From a virus (lineage: Duplodnaviria > Caudoviricetes): 64,000 nt of DNA. A model generated the notes under the pieces. It ran no database searches. It was not told the origin of the DNA and saw only the letters and a list, made by a program, of their open reading frames with translations. Of this stretch, positions 1 through 8,975 are shown one piece after another (within the stretch, counting starts at the first letter, position 1; every line of letters starts with the position of its first letter). Both the position numbers and the translations under genes were made by a program. The stretch lies in the IMG/VR virus record IMGVR_UViG_3300031813_000669, positions 9,058-73,057 of that record; one strand, 5' to 3'.

Positions 1-501
1 ATTTTTAGGTTTTCTTAATTTCTGTTTCCATTCTTCAGTAAATAATTTACCTTTATTTGGTCCAGTATAATCGGTTAGTTTACGAGTAATCCAAGATTCT
101 CTCAGTTTTTGTTTGGTGTTTTCAGAATGTTGTTTCCCTAATAATGATTCTGATAATTTTTTACTATGTTCTGGGGTTCGCACTCTGCCTTTTAACCTTT
201 GACTTATTTGTTTTCTTGTTTTTTCAGATATTATTGTACCGGATGCACCTTCTCCACCATCAGTCATATTACGAAGTATACCAGTACTATTATCCTTTCG
301 GCCGAACCAACGGATATAATATCTTTCTAATATGAATGATTGTAATTCTGTAAGGTTATCTTGAACTATTATTATTTTATTTTTATCTTTTGGTGGTTTA
401 ATTCTGTGATTTGATGAATACATTCGTTTGTTTTTACCTTTACCAACATAATAAGGTGTAAAATCTTCTCTGAGATAAAAATATACGTAATAAATATTCA
501 T
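1..501 (-). CDS. GIY-YIG-like (Seg-type) homing endonuclease with NUMOD3-like repeats, C-terminus beyond window edge
   Basis: Absent from the ORF track. Manual translation from ATG at 501 gives MNIYYVYFYLREDFTPYYVGKGKNKR...PNKGKLFTEEWKQKLRKPKN, and the frame stays open to base 1. Confidence 0.85.
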   Translation of the reverse strand, partial: MNIYYVYFYLREDFTPYYVGKGKNKRMYSSNHRIKPPKDKNKIIIVQDNLTELQSFILERYYIRWFGRKDNSTGILRNMTDGGEGASGTIISEKTRKQISQRLKGRVRTPEHSKKLSESLLGKQHSENTKQKLRESWITRKLTDYTGPNKGKLFTEEWKQKLRKPKN

Positions 502-557
502 TGCTGATACTCCTGTTTAGTATTAGAGCCATTAAGTCTGCCAGGACTGTGAATGGC
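502..557 (-). promoter_or_regulatory. Structured endonuclease leader, copy A
   Basis: Minus strand reads GCCATT-CAC-AGTC-CTGGCA-GACT-T-AATGGC-TCTAATACTAAACAGGAGTATCAGCA-ATG, the same architecture as copies B and C. Confidence 0.75.
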
Positions 558-568
558 ATTTTTTGTGC

Positions 569-598
569 TTGACAAAAACACCTAGTTTGGTGTATAAT
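569..598 (+). promoter_or_regulatory. Sigma70-type early promoter
   Basis: TTGACA-18 nt-TATAAT upstream of the small-gene cluster. Confidence 0.7.
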
Positions 599-601
599 AT
601 G

Positions 602-609
602 TATTTATA
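602..609 (-). promoter_or_regulatory. T4-type late promoter
   Basis: TATAAATA on the minus strand upstream of leader A and the endonuclease. Confidence 0.6.
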
Positions 610-633
610 TTAGTTTGTAATTGGAGATAAGTA

Positions 634-846
634 ATGTTTGATACATGGTTTGATAAAGTTTTCTTTGGTTTTTTGGGTTTATTGTTTTTTGCAATGATTA
701 TTATTCTTTTTGTTGGAATGCCTATGAGTGTTCATATAAACGAACAATGTTATCAGAAAGGGTATACTGGTGGTGTGTATACCAGTAATGGTATTTACTG
801 TCATAAGACAGGTCAATTTGGTGAAGATATTGTGGAGAAACTGTAA
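634..846 (+). CDS. Small hypothetical membrane protein
   Basis: 70 aa with one hydrophobic segment, GGAG SD, and TAATG stop/start coupling to the next gene. Confidence 0.7.
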   Translation: MFDTWFDKVFFGFLGLLFFAMIIILFVGMPMSVHINEQCYQKGYTGGVYTSNGIYCHKTGQFGEDIVEKL

Positions 847-1031
847 TGAATAGTCACGATAAATTTGGTGTAATTTTATTCAGTTTGTTGATTGTTGGTG
901 TCACTATTTGTATTGTAACAGGAATATTGACAAACAGAGAAACCACTAAACAATATATTGAAAATGGTTATCAGGAATGTTGGCATCCTATTTCTGGTAC
1001 TAAGTGGCAGAAGGAGTGTCAAAAGTTATGA
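846..1031 (+). CDS. Small hypothetical membrane protein
   Basis: 61 aa with an N-terminal hydrophobic helix; coupled start. Confidence 0.7.
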   Translation: MNSHDKFGVILFSLLIVGVTICIVTGILTNRETTKQYIENGYQECWHPISGTKWQKECQKL

Positions 1032-1324
1032 GTAAAGTTACCGATACTCCAACATTTTCATATACTGGAAATACTACATTTACTTTTGCAGACGCTCAAG
1101 CAGTTTCATTTACAACACCTATTGGTGATCTTTACCTTTATGGTAAGGATAATAAGACCAAATATATGTATGTTCCGCAAGATGATATTACTGTTCTTGA
1201 GTTATCATTAATCATGAGATTGTTTATCTCTGCATTACTTGCGTCTAGGGGATATATTCATTATAATTATTGGGGATATGTAAAGGAACATAATCTTGAA
1301 AGACATTTTGTGGAGAAACTGTAA
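1028..1324 (+). CDS. Hypothetical protein
   Basis: Likely ATG at 1028 overlapping the previous stop (ATGA). Confidence 0.65.
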   Translation: MSKVTDTPTFSYTGNTTFTFADAQAVSFTTPIGDLYLYGKDNKTKYMYVPQDDITVLELSLIMRLFISALLASRGYIHYNYWGYVKEHNLERHFVEKL

Positions 1325-1578
1325 TGAATGAAAAGATTAGAGAACTTGCTGAACAGGCGGAAGAAATGTGCTTGCGCGCCGAACCTTGGCGAATTTTGTC
1401 GGTCTGCCAATCAGTAGACAAGGTTTGGAGAGAAAAGTTTGCCGAATTGATTGTCAAAGAATGTGCAAGTATTTGCGAACATAGATATACCTATATGAAT
1501 AAAGATATGTCAGAAGGAGCATTTGAGGCAATGGCTTGTCACGATTCAATTTTAGAACATTTTGGTATTGAATATTGA
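1324..1578 (+). CDS. Hypothetical phage protein (MNEKIRELAEQA...EKFAELIVKEC type)
   Basis: Coupled start and SD; motif resembles small proteins common in proteobacterial phages. Confidence 0.7.
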   Translation: MNEKIRELAEQAEEMCLRAEPWRILSVCQSVDKVWREKFAELIVKECASICEHRYTYMNKDMSEGAFEAMACHDSILEHFGIEY

Positions 1579-1590
1579 GTAATATTCCAT

Positions 1591-1657
1591 TATAAATAGA
1601 TATAGGTCACGGAATTGCAGTTCCCACCTATTCTAATACTATAACGGAGTATCAGCT
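1591..1657 (+). promoter_or_regulatory. Late promoter plus structured endonuclease leader, copy B
   Basis: TATAAATA (1591-1598), then ATAGGT-CAC-GGAA-TTGCAG-TTCC-C-ACCTAT-TCTAATACTATAACGGAGTATCAGCT-ATG. Confidence 0.8.
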
Positions 1658-2368
1658 ATGGATATTTATATCCCCACTATATTATTAATCAAACGACACA
1701 ATAAAACTGGAAAGAAGTATTTCCACAAAACTACCAAACTTGATTTAATTGAATCATATCCGGGTTCTGGAAAACATTGGAAAAAACATTTAAAGAAACA
1801 CGGTAATAATTGGACTAATATCTGGATTAGTGAAGTTTTCCATAATAAAGACGATTTAGTTGAATTTGCAGAATTTGTTAGTGAAGTATTAGATATTGTT
1901 AAAAGTGATGAATGGGCAAATCTCATACCAGAAAATGGATTAGATGGCGGTAGCATATCAGAATATTATACTGAAGATATTCGTAAGAAAATGAGTGAAT
2001 CTAAGAGAGAGTTTTTAAAGAATAATCCTAATCCACATATTGGTTTAAAAAGAAGCGAAGAAACCAAAAGAAGAATAGGAGAGAAATCTAAAGGAAGAAA
2101 ATCTTGTCTTGGTTGGATACCGTCTGAAGAAACTAGAAAGAAAATAGGAAATGCTAATAGAGGTAAAATACGAACATTAGAAACAAGAAAACTAATGTCT
2201 GAAAATCACAAGGGAAAATTACATTCAGAAGAAACCAAAAATAAACTAAGAGAAATTAATAAAGGGAAGAAAATGGTTTTTGTTGAGAGAGTATGTCCAT
2301 ATTGCAATAGAATTGGCAAAGGTCCAAATATGACTAGGTATCATTTTGATAATTGTAAGGAGAAATAA
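1658..2368 (+). CDS. GIY-YIG-like homing endonuclease with NUMOD3 repeats and a C-terminal Cys-rich tail
   Basis: KKYFHKT...YPGSGKHWKKHLKKHG catalytic-type region, NLIPENGLDGG, repeated HSEETKxK motifs, CPYC...HFDNC. Confidence 0.85.
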   Translation: MDIYIPTILLIKRHNKTGKKYFHKTTKLDLIESYPGSGKHWKKHLKKHGNNWTNIWISEVFHNKDDLVEFAEFVSEVLDIVKSDEWANLIPENGLDGGSISEYYTEDIRKKMSESKREFLKNNPNPHIGLKRSEETKRRIGEKSKGRKSCLGWIPSEETRKKIGNANRGKIRTLETRKLMSENHKGKLHSEETKNKLREINKGKKMVFVERVCPYCNRIGKGPNMTRYHFDNCKEK

Positions 2369-2369
2369 T

Positions 2370-2591
2370 ATGATTGGTGAAAAGGTTGATAGGTTCTCAT
2401 TTGAACAACAGATTTTCGATTGTTGGAATGTAACAAAGGATATTAATACACTATTCGAAGCAGTAGTGGAAAAGGATTTGACAAAGGATCAGATTTCTAA
2501 TACACTATTGGGTATGCACCAGTTATATGAATTGAAGTTTGGTAAGTTATTTGATATGTTTGAAGAATTGTCATATAAGAAGGAACTGTAA
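2370..2591 (+). CDS. Conserved T4-like-phage hypothetical protein
   Basis: ATG at 2370 with GGAG SD; FSFEQQIFDCWNVTKDI motif. Confidence 0.7.
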   Translation: MIGEKVDRFSFEQQIFDCWNVTKDINTLFEAVVEKDLTKDQISNTLLGMHQLYELKFGKLFDMFEELSYKKEL

Positions 2592-2965
2592 TGTCTTGGT
2601 GTAGATGGTCAACACATTGTGATAATGGTAGAGATTCGAACCTATATGTTTATGAGGGTGGAGAAGGTCTTTATATTCATGTTGCAGGAAGGCATCTTAT
2701 TAATTGGGAAGATGCACCAAAGGAAATGTTGGAATCTGAAATGACACAAGAAAATGTCCAAGAATGGATTCGACAATATGACATTAGGTCTAAATGGATA
2801 GAAAAACATGGTGTATTTGGTCCTATCGGTCTACCTTATGATGGTGAAACTTTTATTCTTAACAACAAAGAAGATATTAAGAACACTCTTGATATGTTGA
2901 AGGAAGCAGGGTATAATTTCCCTGACCTTATCTATGATTATATTGATGAATTTGAGGAAGAATAA
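2591..2965 (+). CDS. Hypothetical protein
   Basis: 124 aa, coupled start. Confidence 0.7.
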   Translation: MSWCRWSTHCDNGRDSNLYVYEGGEGLYIHVAGRHLINWEDAPKEMLESEMTQENVQEWIRQYDIRSKWIEKHGVFGPIGLPYDGETFILNNKEDIKNTLDMLKEAGYNFPDLIYDYIDEFEEE

Positions 2966-3291
2966 TGGAAGAAGTTAGACACAAACATTATGAATATATT
3001 ATTGCATGGGCTAAAGGTGCAAAGATTCAACGAAGTGTAAAACAATATGATGTGGTTCCCACCCGTAAAGAACCACAATTCATATGGATGGATGATAAAA
3101 ATCCTACATGGTATGAAAATGATGAATACCGTTTGAAACCAGTATATAAATCCCAAGAAGTAAAGATTACACTTTTATATCATAATTGGTATATTGAACC
3201 AGTGGATGAGGGTAAGGGTAACTGTCTTATCACTTATAATGCTGTTGATGAACAAATTATTGATATTACTATTTATATAATTTGGAGTTAA
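2965..3291 (+). CDS. Hypothetical protein with RHKH..II.AWA.G..IQ...EYR.KP module
   Basis: N-terminus paralogous to 4385..4855. Confidence 0.7.
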   Translation: MEEVRHKHYEYIIAWAKGAKIQRSVKQYDVVPTRKEPQFIWMDDKNPTWYENDEYRLKPVYKSQEVKITLLYHNWYIEPVDEGKGNCLITYNAVDEQIIDITIYIIWS

Positions 3292-3294
3292 AAT

Positions 3295-3480
3295 ATGCGT
3301 GTCTATCTAGTATGGTTGACAGCTGGCAGGTCACATTCTGCCACATTAGTTACTGTTTTCAAAACTCGAAAGGCCGCAAAGGCTTTTATTGATAAGGAAA
3401 TTGATCTTAAAAAGTCTCTTAGCATTCAAGAGGTCGTGGTGCTCGATGATGACTCGGAAGACGCACCACTAACACAATAA
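3295..3480 (+). CDS. Small hypothetical protein
   Basis: 61 aa with GGAG SD, followed by a terminator. Confidence 0.6.
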   Translation: MRVYLVWLTAGRSHSATLVTVFKTRKAAKAFIDKEIDLKKSLSIQEVVVLDDDSEDAPLTQ

Positions 3481-3492
3481 AATCAATGACTT

Positions 3493-3527
3493 AGGGACGC
3501 ATTTCCTTCCTGGTTGCGTCCTTTTTT
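3493..3527 (+). terminator. Intrinsic terminator
   Basis: GGACGCA...TGCGTCC stem followed by T6. Confidence 0.75.
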
Positions 3528-3616
3528 ATTGTCTGTCACTCTGCCTTGCAGAACTTCACCCTCCGCCGCTAACAAATCCTGCCAGCTCTGTTTCTTCCTG
3601 GTTGCCGTCCAGCCTC

Positions 3617-3644
3617 TTGACATCCACCGTGGTTGTGTTAGAAT
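3617..3644 (+). promoter_or_regulatory. Early promoter with extended -10
   Basis: TTGACA-16 nt-TAGAAT, with GGTTGTGT preceding the -10. Confidence 0.65.
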
Positions 3645-3691
3645 GTATCCATAGTTTGAGACAACACATTGATTTTTTAGGAGATTATATT

Positions 3692-4009
3692 ATGAAAGAT
3701 ATTGATAATGTTTATACTTTGGTTGATAGTGTAAACCACACAGTAGAGAGTTTTGTTTTTGACCACATGACCAAGACCAAGGCAGAGAATCTTGGTCTTG
3801 ATAGCCGTGCTGGTTATACCTTATATGTGAATGGTGATTGTATTGCGGTTACAAAGTATAATGATCGTTCACTACAGTATTATGGTGGTTTTGAGTATGT
3901 TGATTCGGCTGATCGTGTAGAACTTGGAGAATATGTATTCTATATGGCTGAATCTGATCGGGTTCTTAATTGTATTGAATGTTTTAATGAAGTTGAAGTA
4001 GGAGTTTAA
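3692..4009 (+). CDS. Hypothetical protein
   Basis: ATG at 3692 after AGGAG SD, preferred over the upstream TTG at 3602. Confidence 0.7.
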   Translation: MKDIDNVYTLVDSVNHTVESFVFDHMTKTKAENLGLDSRAGYTLYVNGDCIAVTKYNDRSLQYYGGFEYVDSADRVELGEYVFYMAESDRVLNCIECFNEVEVGV

Positions 4010-4010
4010 T

Positions 4011-4392
4011 ATGAAGATTGATCGTAATACCCTTATCGAAATGATTGCCAATCAGATGACTGATAATGCTGATCTTGATGATCTGATGGATTATTATTAT
4101 AATGGAACTGTTGACTTTCTTGATGACCTTTCCGATGAGGAATTGCTTGAACAGGCAGATTGGGTTGGTGTTACCAGTGATGCCGAAGATGAGTAATTGG
4201 GATGAATTCAATGATGATTGTTTGCACCATCATGGTAAGGTATTAACAGGAGAATTCAAGCATTTTTGTCACGAATTCGATTACCTGCCTATTGATGAAA
4301 CGGTATTTGAATTCCAGTTTTGTACCTGTGTTTATATTGATTGGGATATGAATAAGAAACGTAAATTAGTTGAGGAAATGAGAAATGAATAA
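4011..4392 (+). CDS. Two small acidic hypothetical proteins (4011..4196 and about 4189..4392)
   Basis: Tightly packed ORFs with SDs and overlapping starts. Confidence 0.6.
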
Positions 4393-4855
4393 TAGACATA
4401 AACACGCTGACATTATCCATGCTTGGGCAGAAGGTAAAGAGATTCAGTATTATTCTAAAATTTTTAAAGACTGGCTTGATTTAAGTGAACGTGAACCATC
4501 TTGGAATCTGGGTGATGAATATAGAGTAAAACCAGAAACTCCATATGATAAGATTATTGAATCAGTTGTGAATGAAGTTGATTTTGAAAGTATTCATAAA
4601 ATAATGATTGCTCTTAATTGGACATGGAATTTTGCAGACAAAGATTGTCGTGGTGGATACAAATCAGGAGTACCTACTATCCATGATATGAAAAATACGG
4701 TTATACGACTGACAAATGAACTTCTAGTAAATAAGTTATATGAAAATTCTACTGGGGGATTTACAGTAAAGTGGTATAATAATTGTCGTACCACTATTAC
4801 AGTAAGTTTTAAAGCTGTTTCTGATATTTTTGTTCCTGTTGAGAGGATTATATGA
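4385..4855 (+). CDS. Hypothetical protein with RHKH...AWAEG..IQ...EYRVKP module
   Basis: Paralogous N-terminal module, coupled start. Confidence 0.7.
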   Translation: MNNRHKHADIIHAWAEGKEIQYYSKIFKDWLDLSEREPSWNLGDEYRVKPETPYDKIIESVVNEVDFESIHKIMIALNWTWNFADKDCRGGYKSGVPTIHDMKNTVIRLTNELLVNKLYENSTGGFTVKWYNNCRTTITVSFKAVSDIFVPVERII

Positions 4856-5271
4856 CTCGTATTGTGATCAATGAATGCTACGGTGGTTTCGGTTTAAGTA
4901 GAAAAGCTGTTCTTCGATACCTAGAAATTAAGGGACAACAAGTATGGGTTGAACCTGATAAATGGGGTGATAGTTATTGGTTGGTTGCACCAGAAGATCG
5001 TATGATTCTTAAAAGTGGACCAGATTTTTATTCTATGAGTTTTGAAGATCGTATTGAACATAATAGAATCTATGAAGAACAAACTTTCTGTCCTCGTAAG
5101 GTAGGAAGAGATGATCCAGTATTAGTTCAAGTGGTTGAAGAATTAGGTAGGCAAGCGAATGGTGGCTATGCCCAATTAGAAATTGTAGAAATTCCTGATG
5201 ATGTTGATTGGGAAATTGAGGAATTTGATGGTATGGAACATATCGCTGAAAAACATAGAACTTGGAGATAA
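4852..5271 (+). CDS. Widespread conserved phage hypothetical protein
   Basis: VINECYGGFGLS...RDDPVLVQVVEELG...EIPDDVDWEIEEFDG.EHIAEKHRTW motif. Confidence 0.8.
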   Translation: MTRIVINECYGGFGLSRKAVLRYLEIKGQQVWVEPDKWGDSYWLVAPEDRMILKSGPDFYSMSFEDRIEHNRIYEEQTFCPRKVGRDDPVLVQVVEELGRQANGGYAQLEIVEIPDDVDWEIEEFDGMEHIAEKHRTWR

Positions 5272-5670
5272 TTATGAATAAAAACACTGTGATTATTGTT
5301 TTGGGTATTATTGGTCTGTCTTTGTTTATTGATAAGGTGGCCACAAACCATAGTGAGATTAAACAGGATCCCACTAACCAATATCTGTATGATGAAAAGG
5401 AAACTAAGCTTGATAAGCAATATCAAGAAATACAAAAGACCTTGACTGTTATTGAATCTGAAATTAAGAATCTGGAGAAGTAAAATGACATATCGTGAAC
5501 TGCTTGACAAACTTCAAGTTATGGCTGAGTTTGAACCTACAATGCTTAACCGTGACGTTATGGCATCATATGAAGATTCTGAATTCTTCTCTGTGGATAA
5601 TATCATGGTGGAACCTCTTGGTAATGATTATCATGATAATAAGCAACCTCTATTAATTCTTGGTACTTAA
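5262..5670 (+). CDS. Two small hypothetical proteins (5262..5483 membrane-anchored; about 5485..5670)
   Basis: ORF track and gene packing. Confidence 0.55.
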
Positions 5671-5774
5671 TCTCATCAACGGAGGACATAGCCATGGTAT
5701 CAAGTGGAAATGTCTTTGTCAAGCTGTAATATATACTTGTGACCATTTGGTCAATTTAAAAAGAGGAAAATACT

Positions 5775-6812
5775 ATGGAGATATACAATGTCCTGTTTCA
5801 GGATATTTCATATCTGTGGATGATATTCTTCATTATGATCTCTGCCGGACTAGCAAAGGAGTATAAACTATTTGCCCCGGCTTACGCCTATGTTAAGAAT
5901 ACATTCCGCAGTAATAAATTCGTAGTAGTTATCCTAAGCGCAATCGGTGGTATTCTGCCGATTGAAGGTCGAGTTACTGTATCAGCTGGGTTACTTGATA
6001 CGGTGGCTCCAAAATGTTGTCATGGCCGACAAAAGTTAGGAATCGTGGACTATCTAGCGACACACCACTATTATATGTGGTCACCGTTAGAGAAAACTGT
6101 TATTCTACCTATTGCGGCTTTTGGTCTTACATATTGGGGCTGGCTCACCTTAATTGCACCCATGTTGATTGTTAGTTTGGTATTCATTACATGGTACATT
6201 TGGCACCAGGTACATGATGAAGAAGTACCAATCACACCTGGGAACTTCAAAATCAGTTCAGTATTGAGAGATCCAATACCTATGTTCCTTGCAATCGGAG
6301 CGTATGTATATGGTATCGACCATATTGTATGTTTTGGATTGCTGACAATGTATTATATTCTTATTACACAACAATGGTCTCCTAGGAAACTGTTGGGATA
6401 TGTTAAATGGAATGTATTGACTATTGTTGGTGCAGTTATTGTCTTAGGAAACTACATTAAAACCCACGAGCAAGATTTTCATAATCTTATTCTTAATATT
6501 GGTATTGATGTTCACACCTATTCCGGTCTGGCGACAATTTCTGCTATTGGTTTTCTTGCTAGCTTCTTAATGGGAAGTTCTGGTAAGTTTGCGGCGATTG
6601 CTGTATTAATGTCTCAAGTCTACGGACATGAGTATTTTCTATGGTTTTTTGCAGTAGATTTCTCAGCGTATCTATTGAGTCCTACCCATAAATGTGTCAT
6701 TATCGGTCACAAGTATTTCAATACACCATTGAAAACTTATTATAAGGCCTTAGGCACTTGGGGATTCCTTGTATTATTAACAGGAGCAATAGTTACATAC
6801 TTCAAAATTTAG
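5775..6812 (+). CDS. Polytopic inner-membrane permease-like protein (possibly ion-transporter superfamily/DUF401-like)
   Basis: 345 aa with many hydrophobic segments, His/Cys motifs (KCCHG, THHYY, SPTHKC), GAGG SD. Family assignment is inference. Confidence 0.6.
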   Translation: MEIYNVLFQDISYLWMIFFIMISAGLAKEYKLFAPAYAYVKNTFRSNKFVVVILSAIGGILPIEGRVTVSAGLLDTVAPKCCHGRQKLGIVDYLATHHYYMWSPLEKTVILPIAAFGLTYWGWLTLIAPMLIVSLVFITWYIWHQVHDEEVPITPGNFKISSVLRDPIPMFLAIGAYVYGIDHIVCFGLLTMYYILITQQWSPRKLLGYVKWNVLTIVGAVIVLGNYIKTHEQDFHNLILNIGIDVHTYSGLATISAIGFLASFLMGSSGKFAAIAVLMSQVYGHEYFLWFFAVDFSAYLLSPTHKCVIIGHKYFNTPLKTYYKALGTWGFLVLLTGAIVTYFKI

Positions 6813-6821
6813 GAGTATTAC

Positions 6822-8975
6822 ATGAAAAAAATTATTTTAATTTTGGGGCTTCTTATTGCCCCTAGTATCGCTTTGTCTTTAGATATCCATACACTAGAAC
6901 CTGTCGATGTATGGGGTGATAATTATCATCAGGCTGACATGAATACACTAACCACAGTTGGTGGTCGTATTCCCGTTTTACCTATTGATAGTTCAAGAAA
7001 TGTTCAAATCATTAATGAAGAAACAATCAAGGATCGTGGTACACAATCTTTGAATCAGGCTATGCAGAATAGTGTTTCTGGTATTGATATTAATGCCAAT
7101 GCTTCTGACCCGAATCGTAGTAATTTTATGATTCGTGGTTTCCAGATTGACGATGATTGGGGTACCAAGATTGACGGTCAAATGGAATTAGAATGGGCCG
7201 ATTTTGAATGGTTTGATGTTGACCACATGGAAGTATCTAAGGGTCCTAATGCAGGAACCATGGGACTGTCAGATCCAGGTGGGTTTGTTAATTATGTTAC
7301 CAAGAAGGCAAATTGGAATGATCCCCTTCTTGAATTCACTCAGAATGGTGGTTCTTATGGGTACACCAAAACCAACATTGCCTACACCACTCCTGTGAAC
7401 GATTGGATGGCGTCTAGGACTGTGGCCACATTTACCAATGGACAAACCCCATGGTTGAATAATGGTTATAATAGTACGCCTGATAAGATGCGTGGATTCT
7501 TCGGTCAAAACTTTATGTTTAAATTGGGGGAGAAATCTAGTCTGCAATTTGATATTCGTAATCTTTATGATTCTCAGAATTATGGTGCAGACAGTTATCT
7601 TCCTGCTGTTGGTTTTGGTCCTGCACCAATCAATATCAGAACCAATATGGCTTCCCCACAAGATTTTGTTCGATTGAATAATACCAATGTTGGCTACCAA
7701 TTCAATACTGAAGTTGATGATAAAGTCTCATTTCATCACGATTTCAAGTATCAGTCTAATAGTAGAGTATACAAATACATGATGCCATATAATCTTGTGA
7801 ATAACAAGATTTTACAGCTAAGTTATTATGATTTCAATACAGTAAAACAGTATGAGAGTACCGATAATTATTTTACATTTAAATATGACTTATTTGGATT
7901 AAAGAATAATCTCGTTACTGGTTTTAATTATATCAATTCAAATACTAATACTGTTAATAATTCTACTGTACCGTTGAGTACCGATACTTGTACGTCCACT
8001 AATGCAATTTGGTGTTTGAACATTTATAATCCTTCTTATGCTGGATTTAATTGGGTTACTGGTGCAACAGCAACAGCAACAAACGGTAATAGTGGTACTG
8101 GAGGTGGTCGTAACGATAACACAGCTCAGGGTGCATTTAGTCAACAAAATGCAGCTGTATATGCACAAGATGAATTGTATCTGATGGATAATTGGATACT
8201 GAATACTGGTGTTCGTTATAATCATACCTATCAAAGTGGAACTGGAATCAATTCACCAACCAATACAAAGGTCAATCCTAATGTTGGTATGGTGTATAAG
8301 ATTCTACCTAATCTGTCAGTATATGCTGATTATGCTCAAGGTTTTATGCCTCAAACTCAGGTCAATATGGGTTATGCACCACCGCAAAATTCATATCAGA
8401 CTGAAACCGGTATTAAATTGATTGATAAGGACTATTCGTTTACTGCCTCTTGGTTTACTCTTAACAGAACCAATGCACAAACTACCAATCCTAATGCACC
8501 AAATTATGTTACTTATACTGGTGAAGTCAATACAAATGGTTTTGAATTGGATGGGATGTATAAACTACCTTGGGTTGAAGGGTTATCAATTCGTGGTAAC
8601 TATGCGAACCTAAATAGCTCTATAACCAAAGATTTAGATCCAGCATTAATTGGCAATAAGTTCCCATCAGTACCTAAGAATCAAGGTGGTGGATGGGCCA
8701 TGTATGATACTGTGGCCTGGGAACTACCAATGGGATTTGGTATAGGGTTTATGCACTCTGGTCAGAAATATGGTGATACTGCAAACTCTTTTGTATTGCC
8801 GGCATATACCACAATGGATATGATGGGATATGTTGATTTGACCAAGAATGCTAAATTGAGTCTGAATCTAAAGAATGTTACTAACGAAAAGTATTATGCG
8901 GCCGCATCAAATCGGTATGCTATTTTACAAGGTCAACCATTTGTAGCAATCGTTAACCTGGAGATTAAATTCTAA
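6822..8975 (+). CDS. TonB-dependent outer-membrane receptor (siderophore/metallophore-receptor-like)
   Basis: Signal peptide, TonB-box-like LEPVDVWG, plug motifs (NFMIRGF; MEVSKGPN...GGFVNYVTKK), LSLNLKNVTNEKYY and terminal Phe. Confidence 0.9.
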   Translation: MKKIILILGLLIAPSIALSLDIHTLEPVDVWGDNYHQADMNTLTTVGGRIPVLPIDSSRNVQIINEETIKDRGTQSLNQAMQNSVSGIDINANASDPNRSNFMIRGFQIDDDWGTKIDGQMELEWADFEWFDVDHMEVSKGPNAGTMGLSDPGGFVNYVTKKANWNDPLLEFTQNGGSYGYTKTNIAYTTPVNDWMASRTVATFTNGQTPWLNNGYNSTPDKMRGFFGQNFMFKLGEKSSLQFDIRNLYDSQNYGADSYLPAVGFGPAPINIRTNMASPQDFVRLNNTNVGYQFNTEVDDKVSFHHDFKYQSNSRVYKYMMPYNLVNNKILQLSYYDFNTVKQYESTDNYFTFKYDLFGLKNNLVTGFNYINSNTNTVNNSTVPLSTDTCTSTNAIWCLNIYNPSYAGFNWVTGATATATNGNSGTGGGRNDNTAQGAFSQQNAAVYAQDELYLMDNWILNTGVRYNHTYQSGTGINSPTNTKVNPNVGMVYKILPNLSVYADYAQGFMPQTQVNMGYAPPQNSYQTETGIKLIDKDYSFTASWFTLNRTNAQTTNPNAPNYVTYTGEVNTNGFELDGMYKLPWVEGLSIRGNYANLNSSITKDLDPALIGNKFPSVPKNQGGGWAMYDTVAWELPMGFGIGFMHSGQKYGDTANSFVLPAYTTMDMMGYVDLTKNAKLSLNLKNVTNEKYYAAASNRYAILQGQPFVAIVNLEIKF

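Noticed and set aside
5671-5774. Cobalamin or other riboswitch upstream of the permease/receptor pair
   Set aside because: Only weak hairpins (GGACAT/ATGTCT, TGACCA/TGGTCA) are present, and I found no recognisable aptamer core.
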